Positions 13,094 through 26,465 of a stretch of 64,000 nucleotides of DNA are shown here, one piece after another. This DNA is from Octopus sinensis. Taxonomy: Eukaryota. The position numbers and the translations under genes were made by a program. The notes under the pieces are model-generated. The model saw only the letters and a list, made by a program, of their open reading frames with translations, made no database searches and was not told where the DNA came from. The DNA lies in assembly GCF_006345805.1 (NCBI RefSeq), contig NC_043011.1, positions 65,980,464 through 66,044,463 on the forward strand, written 5' to 3'. How positions within the stretch are numbered: position 1 is the stretch's first letter; every line of letters begins with the position of its first letter.

Positions 13094-13095
<2 letters not shown>
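12795..13095 (-). mobile_element. R4/Dong-type retrotransposon fragment (restriction-like endonuclease region)
   Basis: LWNFTIQTDRNIEANRPDIILKD...LIDMTVPID...KY, a PD-(D/E)xK signature. Confidence 0.85.
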
Positions 13096-13131
<36 letters not shown>

Positions 13132-13135
13132 ATTA

Positions 13136-13180
<45 letters not shown>

Positions 13181-13211
13181 GTAATATTATTATTATTACT
13201 ACTATTATTAC

Positions 13212-13268
<57 letters not shown>

Positions 13269-13388
13269 CATCATCATCATCATCATCATCATCATTATTA
13301 GTAGTAGTATTACCATCATTATTATTATTATTGTTGTTGTTGTTATTATTATTATTATTATTAGTATTAGTATTATCATTATTACTAT
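13096..13388. repeat. (ATT)n microsatellite with ATC/GTT variants
   Basis: Directly visible. Confidence 0.97.
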
Positions 13389-15130
13389 TTTTCCTTCTAA
13401 CTTCAAATTTTCTTCCGTTTCTCGCCGAGTGTTTTCAATAAACCTAGGGCAGAGAAGCTCATTGTATGCATTCCCAGAATACACAAGCAAATTCAAAGAT
13501 AAAATATATGTTTAAAAATTAATAAATAAATAAATTCATGGTTGGATGTTGTTTTCACAGCGATAATGCTCTTCTCAGTACATGAGCCGTTCCAGTTAAT
13601 ACGATTTTTTGCACCTCCTGTAGGGATGGTAAGCCTGGAATCATTTTCAAATAGGTTTCAGTACCTTTTTTTATCATTTCTAGAGATCCTACAATCATTG
13701 GTACTGTAGTTGCCTTGAGATGCCACATTTTTTCAATTTCTAGTAGCAGGTCTTTCTATTTATTAATCTTGTCAAATTCTTTCGTCGCTATATTGTGATC
13801 GCAAGGGTTACTTATGTCAATTAATAAACATATCTTTTCTCACTGATCTTTTATAATTATAACCGGTCTATTAGCTTTTATAGTCTTGTCGGTCTGTACG
13901 GGGAAGTAAAATAGATTCGACACATTTTATCTCCCTCAGTCACAGCTTCAGGATGATGTTTATACCATTTGTCAGCGGTTTTGATTTTATAATGCCGACA
14001 TATTGTCCAGTGTAAATACTGGCCGACTCTGTCATGTCTTGCTTTATATTCTGCAGGTGCTAAGACTCTACACCCTGAGATTAGGTGGTCTATAATTTCA
14101 ATCTCGTCGTTACAGAATCGGCATTTTGTGTCAGCTCATATTTTATCACATTGGCTTGGTAGTTCCGGGTTAATAAGCTTTGGTCTTGAGCAGCTAATAT
14201 GAAAACTTCACTCTCTGCTTTTAGCTCTAAGCTTCGTAACCATTGGTGCGTGTGTTTCTGGTCGACATCAGCTTGTTTGCTAGGGGCCACATACATGGCA
14301 TGGAGAGGTTTCTGTTCCCATCTGCTAGCTTAATTTTCTTGTGCTTTTGTCTTTGCAATAAATTTTATTTTCTTTGCAGCTGCAGGTGGCGCATTTCCTT
14401 CAGCCTGATCAATCTAGTGGGTATCTAAGAGATCAGAAGCGAATTTTTTGCTCTCTTTGAGAATAGAGTGAATTTTATCGGTCTTTCATTTTTTTCCAAC
14501 AAGTTTTAGCATTCAATCGTTGGTTGCTCCAAGGCCAGTCCGATTGTGGTGGCTTTGTATGTAAGTTCAAGCTGGATCAAACCTCGACCTCCCCGAGCTC
14601 TGGGAAGGTAAAGGTGATCCACGACTGCCTTTGGATGGTGAATCTTATTACAAGTCAGTAGCTTGCGGATGTTCCTGTCAATTTTCATTATTTCACTGGT
14701 ATTCAAGTTAAGCACATTGAAGCTATAAAGGACAACTGGTACTGCTAAGTAATTTATGCCTAAAACATTATTACATGCATTCAGCTCAGACTTCAGGACT
14801 GCTCGAACTCTTCTATAACATTCTTTCCTAACCTTCTCTTTCATGCTTGCATGCTGGATACCAGAGACTTCATTTATTCCTAGGTATTTATAGGTTTGTT
14901 CTTGCTCAAGCTCCTTTATTACTGTTTCGACATCTAATTCGATGGAACTAGACTTTACCAAATTCCCTTTCTAAAAAGTGGCTTTGGCACACTTTTCAAG
15001 GCCAAACTCCATCCCGATATCATCACTGAATCATTTCACAGTATGTAATAATCCTTCAAGCTTTTCATCATTTTTGCCATATACCTTTACATCGTCCATA
15101 TACAATAGATGGCTTATTGACCTGTTGTCA
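13389..15130 (-). mobile_element. R4/Dong-type fragment, family A (late RT to 3' UTR), degenerate
   Basis: YMDD-type RT motif near 15100, then KVRKECYRRVRAVLK, ARGGRGLIQL and QWLRSLELKAESE...AAQDQ. The 3' end abuts the (TAA)n array. Confidence 0.85.
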
Positions 15131-15205
15131 ATTTTGTAGCCATATCATGTTCTGTTCAGTTCACTTGAGAGTGGTATTAGTGCTATGCAGAAATTATTAT
15201 AACAC

Positions 15206-15226
15206 TTATTATTGTTATTATTATCA

Positions 15227-15282
<56 letters not shown>

Positions 15283-15306
15283 GTTATTATTATTATTATT
15301 ATTTTT
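15206..15306. repeat. (ATT)n microsatellite
   Basis: Directly visible. Confidence 0.95.
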
Positions 15307-16010
15307 ATTCAGTAGTTTTATTTTTATAGCGTGCTTTCACTTCACTACCGAGCGCGGCTCTGTGTGCCTTGGGTATGTGCTGTGATTTGTTGTGATGTCC
15401 TGATGATTATTGTATGGAAAGTGTTCTGCGTAGGATGTGTGCAGTGCCTAGTAGTGCAATTTTCTGTATGTGATATGTGTTTGTAAGTCCTGGTGTTTTT
15501 GTTATGTATTTGTCTGAATATTTTTTTATCATGCCTAAAGCACCTACTATGATAGGAATTGTTTCTGTTTTCAGATTCCACATTCTAGTTACCTCTATTT
15601 CCATGTCTTTGTATTTTGAGAGTTTCTCCATTTCTTTTAGAGGAACGTTGTCATCTTCCGGTATTGATACATCAATTAGAAAGCATTTTTTTCTTCATGA
15701 TCTGACAACTATATCTGGTCTGTTGGCCTTGATTTCTCTATATGTGTGTATCGGCATATCCCAGAGTATGGTTGCTTTCTCGTTTTCTGTGACCGTTTCT
15801 GGTGTGTGCCTATACCATCTTTTTTCTGTTGTTATTCCATAATGTTGGCATAGCTTCCAATGTATGTAGGTTCCAACTCTGTCATGTCTGTGAATATATT
15901 CCTTCTCAGCCAGGACTAGGCAGCTAGAGATAATATGATTTATTGTTTCTTGTCCATCTCCACATATTCTGCAGTTACTTGTAATATTTCTTTTCATTAC
16001 ATGTTTTTGG
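15307..16010 (-). mobile_element. R4/Dong-type fragment, family B (CCHC finger, RLE, 3' UTR)
   Basis: CRICGDGQETINHIISSC, RHDRVG and RPDIVV motifs. (ATT)n lies on both sides. Confidence 0.9.
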
Positions 16011-16056
16011 TAATTATTATTATTATTATTATTATGATTATTATTATTATTATTAC

Positions 16057-16117
<61 letters not shown>
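16011..16117. repeat. (ATT)n microsatellite
   Basis: Directly visible. Confidence 0.97.
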
Positions 16118-16808
16118 GTGGTTATAATTAATTTTATAATGTAATATATGTGTGTATGCGCGCGTGTGTATTTATACGTATGTATATATTTAGGCAATGA
16201 TTTAAACAAGAAATCTGATCACACTGTGTTGATATTGTCGAAGCTTTTGTAAATGTAGAATCAACTGGAAACACGATTTCAGAGTTTTATTGCCTTGGAA
16301 AGAAACTTCAATTTCTGCTTCAACATAGTTTACGTCGTTCTTTAGAAACTTATCTCAGTGTAAAGTCTCGGTGACAGTATAGATTAATTTAAATAATTGA
16401 CAAGGGCTGGACTAGCTTTCGCCAACACGAGAGCTCCTCCTGCGGTATCTTTAATCGTTGACGACAACACTATATCTCTTCGGGATTTTCGCGCTTGTTT
16501 TCGGGTCTCTGGCAAGTTTCAGTAAGAAATACAACAGTTTTGACAAGAAATGTGTTCCATTTCTATTTCACCTCTGTCGAAAGCAAAGAAGTTAAATTGA
16601 TGAAAATATCGATATTTCACTGGTAGTTATACTCATTACAATTGTGTTCCGTACCAATTTTCTTCTGCTGAAGACCGTACTCATTTAGGTGCAAAAGAAT
16701 AACATCAGGAAATAAATGTAATATTATATGACGCCAAACTCGTGTATGCATCTCATCAAAATACTTTGAATGTATATCAATAAATGTTATATTCGATTCA
16801 TTTTACAG

Positions 16809-16868
16809 ATGAAATTTCAGTCAGTATTCACCGCTGTACTTGTGGTTACATTACAAATGCATAATTAA
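16809..16868 (+). other. Candidate signal-peptide exon (copy at 45478)
   Basis: ttttacag|ATG AAA TTT CAG... encodes MKFQSVFTAVLVVTLQ. Only a weak donor is available (GTG|gttaca). Confidence 0.3.
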
Positions 16869-17236
16869 ATAAAGACCACCATACAATAATAACCTGAGTG
16901 CCTTATTTTATAGTTATAATTAAGGTTCTAAACTTGTATGTCTAAAATGTGTCATAAACATATATAATTACAGGAATCATGTTACGTTTTCTTTGTTCCA
17001 CACTTTCTTAAACTTACGATATCACCAACATGGACGGAATATAATGTTGAACATTATACTTTAGAAACTACAACTTATAGCCACAATTTCCATAATAATA
17101 TTAACGGTGGTATGGAACAGCTTTTAGTTTTATTAAAATAATAACGCAATGATACATAAATACGTTCACATACACAACACACACACACACAATGCACCAC
17201 ACATATAAACGTCTCCACCTTGAAAAAGTATCCCAC

Positions 17237-17301
<65 letters not shown>

Positions 17302-17515
17302 GGGAGTATTAGGGAGTAAATCGTAGTTTTCTTTCTATATAATTAGTAGATTTTATCTCTACGTTTATTTGTAAGACTTTAGTTAGCCAAAGAATTATGT
17401 AGATCGTTAACAGTTATAAGAGTTCTTTTTTAAAGTTAGGTTTCATGTATATACATGTATTGATAGCATAAAGTTTAGTCTTAAATAACTATATTTGTTG
17501 ATAGTTATGTTAAAT

Positions 17516-17631
<116 letters not shown>

Positions 17632-17697
17632 ATAGCGTGCGAGTGAAAAGTCGCACTCAGCTTCTCGGTAAACATGATCGTCTTGGTTATCTTTCAG

Positions 17698-17793
17698 ATT
17701 ATCATTGACTGTTTTGAATCTTACGGAGTCTGGATCAAGTATCATATTGTTCACATTCTGAGACATCCCAACCCGTTCAACAAGATTTTGTAG
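17698..17793 (+). pseudogene. Decayed homolog of the 92-nt exon of the orphan gene family (copy at 47237-47332)
   Basis: Has a tttcag acceptor. DCFESYGVWIKY aligns without gaps to DNLHSQGFDTKY at 52443. No GT donor, and it ends in TAG. Confidence 0.4.
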
Positions 17794-19310
17794 TCAATTA
17801 ATTTCCAAACTAGAAATCATATGTTTGAAAATTAAAACAGGAGTTGAGTGCTTTTCTTGTTGACTCAAACTTCAATATGCATTTGTCCCCCTTATTCATT
17901 CGAAAACTGGGTTGCCAGTTCTGACTAATTGGGCACCTAAATATTCAGTAACTTTTCGGCTACCAATCAAACTTTCTTTTTATTTACGTATTTGCATTGC
18001 AAAAAATTAACATTATCATCATTGTAAAACGATATTTTACACTACGACGACGATGATGTCACATTTTCTATGTGAGAGTGTGTATGTGTTTCTCAGTGTG
18101 TGAGTTTGTGCGTTCCTTACAAACGTTAGTTCGATGACTGTCAAGTATTTGTGCTTAATGGCGTACGTTTGATACACACACATACATATATCTTCGTATA
18201 AGTATGTTACCGATTGTCAGAATCTACGTGTGTGCGAGTGTATATGTGATAATTGTTATGAAACGAGCCGTTTGTTAAGCGTTTATTGTAGTTGAGTTCT
18301 GGACGCTGTACGAAAAACTGCGTTGACAGTTAACTACCGCAGTTTGTCTAATATGCAGGATGAAGCAACTGGTTAACTGTAAGTTTATAATAGTTGCACC
18401 AGCCTATTTGAGACAGACAATCTATAGCTTACGGTGTACTGAAACACGGTGCAGAAACAAGAAAACAAGGTACTTTAGGTAGACGGTATGCAGCATCTGG
18501 GAACGATTAGGCGACACTTTCGAAAGCTGAAGGGAGCAAACAGCTAATCAGTGCTCCGCAAAGATGCTCAAGTAGAATATAGAATTTCGGTTACTATTAT
18601 AGAGATGAAGGTATTATGAACGCATATAACAAACAAGACATTTAGACGGATTGCGAAGGCCAAACACATGGTAATATACAAAGAGAACTTCAACAGCAAA
18701 CGTGAACAGAACAATACACTCCCCACCATACACCACAAAGCGCGACAACTAAAGACAGGAGATAAAGCGAAACAGATACAAACAGTATCATATATACATG
18801 AAAGACAAATATGCACGTGAATATAGTGCAATATAAAAATTAGGGATAAATAAGGAAAGAAATTAAGAAAAAAATTAAATACAGGGAACGGATTCGCGCA
18901 ATATAGTAAGCTAAACCATATACACACGAACGCCCATAAAATAAATTCCCAAACGGCCGAACCATATGGAAATCAAGTACGATAATTAGAATGGTAACAA
19001 CATGGACGAACAACCACTCACAGAATGATACAAGAACAGCATCTAAATAAGCGTCCAGAATTGCAGAGAAACAGGAGAGCAAGTGTAGCAAAGTGGGGGT
19101 GAACATACCAAATATTTGTACCGCTAAGAACAACGAGAATAAGGTATACAAACACTGTTATATGGAGCACGGTCAGAAATAATAGAGTAGGGATGACCAA
19201 TCACACGGAAACAAATACACGTAGAAAACAGAGAGACACACGTAGATAGGCGCACGCACAAACACACATATACATATATATTTTCACACACACACACACA
19301 CACACAAACA

Positions 19311-19388
<78 letters not shown>

Positions 19389-19998
19389 TATATAGCGAGC
19401 CCGTACCCTTTTTTGTCTTGTATGTAAGTAGATATTTTCTTTAAACTTGGAACTACTCTATAACACTGTCTCTCTCTCCCCCCTCTCCTACATTTCTCTG
19501 CCTTTCACATTTTGCACTCCACTTTGATCTGTCTCTTTCTCTCTCTCTCTCTCGCTCTCTCTCTCGTCCTCCTTTGTTCCTTGTTCCCCTTTTTTCTCTC
19601 TTCCTCTGTCCCTCTTTTCCTCTCTCTTCGCCTCAAGGCATTTTTCTAATGCGCCAGCTGAAGCTCACCTGTCTTGTCGAAAAGACGCCTGTCTGTGACG
19701 TCCTGTTTTTGTTATTATTATCATTATTATTTTTACGTATTTTTGTATTCTTATTCGTTCCCGTCCTTGTTTTGTATACATTCGAGGCTTTCTTCCAAGG
19801 AACATAATGCACTTGGCTTAGATTTTACTTTGGGGCTGGCCAGGTAGGAGCAATTTGAAGATTGCGAGAATGTTCCAGTTCTTGACTGAAGATTGAAGGC
19901 TTCGAATGTCCCGTCCGTGGTTTTTGTATAGTCTTCTAGTCTTCTAGTCTTCTAAATGTTTGCGTTCTTGTCCCAGTTTTTTTTTTTTTTACATATAC

Positions 19999-20076
<78 letters not shown>

Positions 20077-20340
20077 ACATTTGCAAGTTCACACACTCAC
20101 ACACACAGAGATCTATACACAGCCTAGCGATGGACAAATGTGAAAAACGTGCGATCTACATTCTGTAGGAGAAAAGATGATTACTAAAACAGAAGACGAA
20201 AATTTGTCTAGAGATTCCCGACCAACATTTCACACGGGATTCCAGCCAGTGTGGTCTCCAGTTGAAACCACCAAAACTGATTTGTCGGTGTTTATATATC
20301 CGGTCATGTACATTTTTGTTATAATATGTATGCTTTCAAA

Positions 20341-20710
20341 GTCGGCGAACTGGCAGAAACCTTAGGGACGGCGTGAGAAATTCTTATCAGTATTTCGTTT
20401 GTCTTTACGTTCTGATTTCAAATTCCGCCGAGGTCGATCTTGCCGTCCATCCTTTCGGGGTCGATAAATTAAGTACCAGTTCCGTATTGCAACCAATCTT
20501 ATCGACTGCCCTCACCAACACCCCTGAAAAATTTCGGGCCGTGTGACTAGAGTAGGAAAGAATACGTGTGTTTGTAGAGGCGGTGAACTGGCAGGACCGT
20601 TACGGTGAAATGATTAGCGGTATTTCGTTTGTCTTTACATTTTGCGTTCAAATCCTGTGGACTGCGATCAATCTAATCGACTGCGCCCCTCCTCCATAAA
20701 TTCCGGACCT
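20341..20710 (+). mobile_element. Two tandem SINE copies, the second degenerate (duplicated at about 49880-50240)
   Basis: Same B-box and central domain as 9558-9724. Confidence 0.8.
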
Positions 20711-23238
20711 TCGGCCTACAGTAGAAAATAATATTTATGCTTGCTTTTTATACTTCTCCTATTGTTGTATACGAAAACCCTGTAGTGTGATCTCGAACTT
20801 TCACTTGTAGGGGTACTATTATTTTTAGGGTAACGGTGACTTGTAGTGTTAAGCCAATTTCGTTATTTACTTTCTTTGTTTGACTGTGTGGTGTTTTACA
20901 GCTGGTTGTTTTCAATGAATTTGTCTGAAATCGCTTATTTGGAAATGTAAATTTTCGTTGCCAATTTTTGTCAGTTGTCAAGTAAATTACAGCTACTTAC
21001 ATTTGGGGCCTTCTTTGAACATTCGAATTTCAGTTTACCTGTAAAGAATGAAAGTAGATAATAATAACAGGAGTTGAAAATAAGGCATACACGATTTCAT
21101 AACTTAGTCAGCTTATGAACATTCAAACTACTATGTGCGTATATATGTATGTGTGGATTTATGTGTATGTATCTATGTATGTATGTATGTATGTATGTAT
21201 GTATGTTTGTAGGGGACGGACGTGTATGTGTATCTTTGCAGCCTTATGTACTTATTGCAAGTTGAATAAGTCATGTAAACCAGGGCATTAACCTCCCGAA
21301 AGGGCTGTCTCGAGATAAGAATCTGTTCCAAAGTTGTTGAATGAGTTAATAAATGATGTGTCAATAAATATGGCATAGTTTCTAGTGGGACATTGACAAA
21401 TAATGACAGGTTACACGCTTTTTGTTTCTTCTTGTCAATCTTGACAAGAGGCAGGAGACGTTCGGAATTGGCAAACCTCCTATGGTGTTCAGTTATTATA
21501 GCAGTCGCGACCAACTTCTAAGTTCCTTTATTCGCTATTGTTTTTTATCTGTGTTCTAAGTTTCGCACAGTGCTCAAAGTTCCTTATATTCGCTATTGTT
21601 TTTTCCGAAATACTGAATCAATACACCACATATTGTCATACACGTTGAAGTGAATCTGTATTGCTACAAGTAGAATCCGTGTTACATTTCTTGTAGTTGT
21701 CTCGAGCCAGAGCTCTTATTTATTCATTTATTACCTTATCTATTTTATATTACTGATATTATAATAAATTGGAAATGATTAGAATTGTCAGAAATCTCTT
21801 TAAGTTGATCGTACTACTGAATTTAATGAATATATATATCATTGCTTCAAACTCAGTTTCCTATATATATAATTAAATATTATAGTTAACACTAGATTAT
21901 ATTAATACTTGTTTTTCATGACCGTAGATTTTATTTATATTTCAATTTCCTTCACCACTTATTTGTGCGTATTCCAATAATTACGGGTTCCACGTTGATT
22001 ATGTGCTCTTGTCGATGTGTATGTGCGTGTGAATACGCTCTTGTTCATCTATGTGTGTGTCTCTGTCTGATGAAATAAGCTTTTCAAAAATTTACATACC
22101 ATGAGGAATTGTATGCTTTTACAGGACGCACTTATAGAGAAGGCTTCCTGCTCTAATATACCGCATTATCGCATTTTTTGCATTAGGTATATCGCGAATT
22201 TCCCTCCATTCATTTTCACCACACAATTGCACTGTCATTTAAGCCCTCAAGATCCAATAATAACCGAAAAGCAGCAGGAAATATTTTATGTAAATAATTT
22301 ATAAAATAATTTGTTTTTAATGCAATATTCAATTAATACAATTTTCAGTTATCGAAAGCAATTTCATATTGCACGTGTAAATATGATTGCAAACCACGCT
22401 TGAATTTTACTCGAAATATTTTAATATTGATATATTACACACTTATGGATTTTCAATCAGCTTCTTAGAGTAACATTAACTATTTGTAGAATAGCAGTTT
22501 ACTATATACTAGCAAATTTTCATTTACTAAAGTCAACGTATAAATATTGAAGCCATGAATCCAATAAGGAATTCTATGTCATTGTGTTTATCAATAAGCC
22601 ATCTCGTTATAATATATATTTCAGAGATATTCTGCTCAGAAGAGAATATGCAAAACCTATGCAAGTATAGAAGAAACATCATCCGTAGAGTTCACGTAAT
22701 CCTCTGCTGTTTTGAAACCCGCTTTCACTTTCGGCGGCTGAGTAGAAATGCGTTCGCTCGTAGACTATACGATTTGTATTAGACTTGAAGCAAATCGCAT
22801 AAATATAACTGTTGCCAACAGAACTGTCGTCTTTGTTACGTATCTCTGTCAAAATGAAACAACTTCAATAAAGTATAAAATCTGTATTTCTCTGGCAGAC
22901 GTGCCCAGCTGTTTTCGGTTCGTTGTTATTTCCTTTAAGAAATAATGATAGATAATTCATACAAAATCATATACGAGAAAATTCATGTATGCATTTCATC
23001 AAATTATTTTCCATATATAGGAATAAAGTTTGACTGCTCCTCTCTTCAGAGATGACTTTTCATCTAGCTTTCTTTCTTCCACTTGTGGTTTCACTCTTAA
23101 CGAATGCCTGGATAAAGAGCTTGATACAATACGGATTGCACTGACTAATTACCTACATCATATCCCCCATCTACCTTCTCTATGATTCTGTGAAAGCGAA
23201 CATGTTTTACCAATATACTAATCGAATTATATATACAA

Positions 23239-23270
<32 letters not shown>

Positions 23271-23335
23271 ACATATATATATATATATTTATTTATTTAT
23301 TTATATATATATATATATACATATATATGCATACT

Positions 23336-23439
<104 letters not shown>

Positions 23440-23447
23440 TATGCATA

Positions 23448-23546
<99 letters not shown>

Positions 23547-25004
23547 GTGCGCGTGTGTGTGTGTACACGTTTATTAATTCGTTTTACTAGATTTCTAATT
23601 TAAAACCGTATTCTGAAACGGCTCTCGTTGTATTTCGGGATGCTCATTTCATTTTTCTTTCTTTTTGCCAAGTAGACAGACACAGGAATTTGTTTTCGTC
23701 ACGAGTAATTTACTGTTCATATTATTTTAACAAATATTTCTTTTTCGGGACTGGGGAGAGCAGCGTCACAATGGCGTAAGAGTATGCGGTTAAGGGGAAG
23801 GTCACACACCAGCTAACAACCATGACACGCACACAACCTTCAACACACACTCGCGCGTGCACACACAAGGACACAAACGCATTACGCACATAAGGATACA
23901 CATCTTAGAAAACCGGAATGGAGCAGGCGGAGCGAAATCATAGACGAAAACGAATGGTGTCGCTGAAGAGGTCCCTGGTGCGCGAGGAAATATTTCTGCA
24001 CAATGGACATGAGTGGAAATAATAAAATCAGAACTGTAGTAAATGAGTGAAAGAAAACGAAGTCTGTGTGTTTATTCGGCAAAAAAGATGTCACCCTGAT
24101 GTCAGTGAAAATTGACGCGTATATCATACAGATGGGAGATCCGGAAAAGTTTTGGCCTACAGTTTAGTAATTTGGTAATTATCAGTCCCGGAACGGATCT
24201 GAACTGCATTGGAGATAACATCCCACTATCCGAGATAAAAATAACATCCGTAGTTCCTAGTGTCTGTACTGTAAACTACCCTCAGCTTTTCATTTTATTC
24301 CCACGGGGGCCGGGAAACCTAGAAAGTAGGGAGGTATGTGTATTCAATATCCACAAACGGTTCTAATGCGGGCAATACAAAAGGAAACAACCTCCTAAAC
24401 ACAAACCCATCGAACTACTTCAATCTATCAACGGTATTAATTGCATAATGGCTGTATGAGCTCCAACCTTAATCTCCAGACAAAAAGAATAAAACAAAAT
24501 GGAAGTGTATATTTGTGGCTGTCTACACTGTTGAGTGCTTTCTCCGTAAATTTGATGCATACATAGTTATTACATTGTTTTTATTTTCTTTTATCAAATG
24601 TCATATGTCTTAAATTTACATATGCTGGGAGAAAAACTCACTCTCTCTATTGTAATATTCATTTATATTCTGTTTCGCAAGGAAAAGACTGAGAAAAACA
24701 ATTATACGTTGCATCGAAGCGCAACATATGTTACTTTGCTTTCATATCTCCATCAGATCTAGGAGACTATTGTATCATAATCCAAGCTAGGATAAACGAT
24801 ACAAACATGATGGTTCTTTCTGTGTTTACTTTTGCCCTCTTATTTGGTAAGTAGATATATCATAAACATTTACTTAATTCTTAATAAGACGATCACTTTC
24901 AGTATATTTCTCTGTGCATCAATCAGACTAAATACTTCATATTATTCATGTATTACATGCTTATACATGTGTATATTTGTCTACGGATTCAAATGCGATG
25001 AATA

Positions 25005-25355
25005 CTCCCATGAACTGCTAGCCGCCACTGACCATTCAAAATACAACAATCAAGGCACATCAAAAATTCCCCCGACCCTTCTCCTCATCATCCTTCTTCT
25101 TCTTCCCTACCAAGAATTCACAATGACCTCGAACCCACAACTGTGAACAAGAGAGACAGAACAAGTCAGAAACAAGGAAAATGCCACTTATATTTGAACA
25201 CTATACAAATATTCCTTTAAAAAATCATTTCTTTTAATTTTTCTAAATTTAATTATTTAATCGTTACAGTTGAAAAGGTCTCAATATGACTGAAACCGGT
25301 ACTGAAATGTTCTTTATAAAATTATTTTAGCATTTTTATTTTGACCTATTTGTTC
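25005..25355 (+). mobile_element. Penelope-like element 3' terminal remnant
   Basis: Homologous (about 80% by eye) to 60020-60365, which follows the PLE ORF. Confidence 0.8.
25264..25307 (+). ncRNA. Minimal type I hammerhead ribozyme, U3-A8 core variant
   Basis: (TTA)CAG-TTGAAAA-GGTC tcaatat GACT-GAAA-CCGG-TA-CTG(AAA). Stem I CAG/CTG, stem II 4 bp, palindromic stem III. Predicted cut after 25301. Confidence 0.7.
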
Positions 25356-25405
25356 ATATATATATATATATATACGCGAGAAAGAAGCAACAAGAATGGA
25401 TAGGT

Positions 25406-25496
25406 TTTTAGTACGATCGTTTCATACAAGGACAGGTTTTATTAAAAGTTGCAAAGGTTACAGCATATAAACGAGTCCCGTACTCATCAGCTAAAA
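25406..25496 (-). ncRNA. Type I hammerhead ribozyme (left arm of palindrome)
   Basis: Exact reverse complement of 25816-25906. Confidence 0.8.
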
Positions 25497-25815
25497 TACA
25501 TGTAAGTTCTCTAGACATCCTAGTGTTTGAGGCTATACTCATGAAGTAATGTAGATAATTAAACAGATTTCTAAAGTTCATTAAAGTTCTTTAAAGATGA
25601 TGTATAGTCTTATCACAGAATATTAAAAAAGTTTTGATAGCATCACAGAGAAGGTCACCTTCTCTGTGATGCTATCAAAACTTTTTTAATATTCTGTGAT
25701 AAGACTATACATCATCTTTAAAGAACTTTAATGAACTTTAGAAATCTGTTTAATTATCTACATTACTTCATGAGTATAGCCTCAAACACTAGGATGTCTA
25801 GAGAACTTACATGTA

Positions 25816-25906
25816 TTTTAGCTGATGAGTACGGGACTCGTTTATATGCTGTAACCTTTGCAACTTTTAATAAAACCTGTCCTTGTATGAAACGATCGTA
25901 CTAAAA
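25816..25906 (+). ncRNA. Type I hammerhead ribozyme, canonical core, long stem II
   Basis: TTTTAG-CTGATGA-GTACGGGAC...GTCCTTGTAT-GAAA-CGATCG-TA-CTAAAA. Stem I is 6 bp and stem III is palindromic. Predicted cut after 25900. Confidence 0.8.
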
Positions 25907-26158
25907 ACCTATCCATTCTTGTTGCTTCTTTCTCGCTTATAATCACCCCACATTACTGTATTGTTAAATCAGTATAGTTTTTTTTGGTGCATCTAAGTTA
26001 GGTACCATATTCAAGTAAATTTTTTTAAATTAACTTGAATCTTTATTGCTCTTTGAATATATATATATATATATATAAATAATAAATATTAGGGAATAAA
26101 TCCAAATTTACAGGGAAAAAATCAGATTTAGGATTAAATCGATTTTATAGTAAAATAT

Positions 26159-26318
26159 TATAAAATATTATTAGAGACAAAACCACTATTTTGCAAAACA
26201 AACAAGGAAAGACTTAATCAATACATAAAATTTTAATAATTGACTATTTATTAAAATTTTATGTATTGATTAAGTCTTTCCTTGTTTGTTTTGCAAAATA
26301 GTGGTTTTGTCTCTAATA

Positions 26319-26328
<10 letters not shown>
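26159..26328. repeat. Inverted repeat, 81-bp arms with 8-nt spacer
   Basis: TATAAAATATTATTAGAGACAAAACC...TTTTAATAA ttgactat TTATTAAAA...GGTTTTGTCTCTAATAATATTTTATA. Confidence 0.95.
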
Positions 26329-26392
<64 letters not shown>

Positions 26393-26395
26393 TAA

Positions 26396-26465
<70 letters not shown>
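26327..26465. repeat. (TA)n followed by (GATA)n
   Basis: Directly visible. Confidence 0.95.

Larger units (their letters stand above)
25376..25936. repeat. Perfect 561-bp palindrome (280-bp arms, 1-nt centre at 25656)
   Basis: GCGAGAAAGAAGCAAC...CAGAGAAGGT c ACCTTCTCTG...GTTGCTTCTTTCTCGC. I found no mismatch reading both arms. Confidence 0.97.

Noticed and set aside
12777-13515. 239-aa ORF with poly-Ile/Met, and poly-Leu/Tyr ORFs at other (ATT)n arrays
   Set aside because: Read-through of (ATT)n fused to Dong fragments. The apparent transmembrane stretch is a repeat artefact.
18568-19200. Hydrophobic minus-strand ORFs, also at 48107-48739
   Set aside because: No recognisable motif. They reflect purine-rich plus-strand composition and recur only because of the recent duplication.
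19655-19705. CTGAAG...GTCGAAAAGACG hammerhead-like stretch (copy at about 49192)
   Set aside because: The core reads CTGAAGC and no consistent stems I and III can be drawn.
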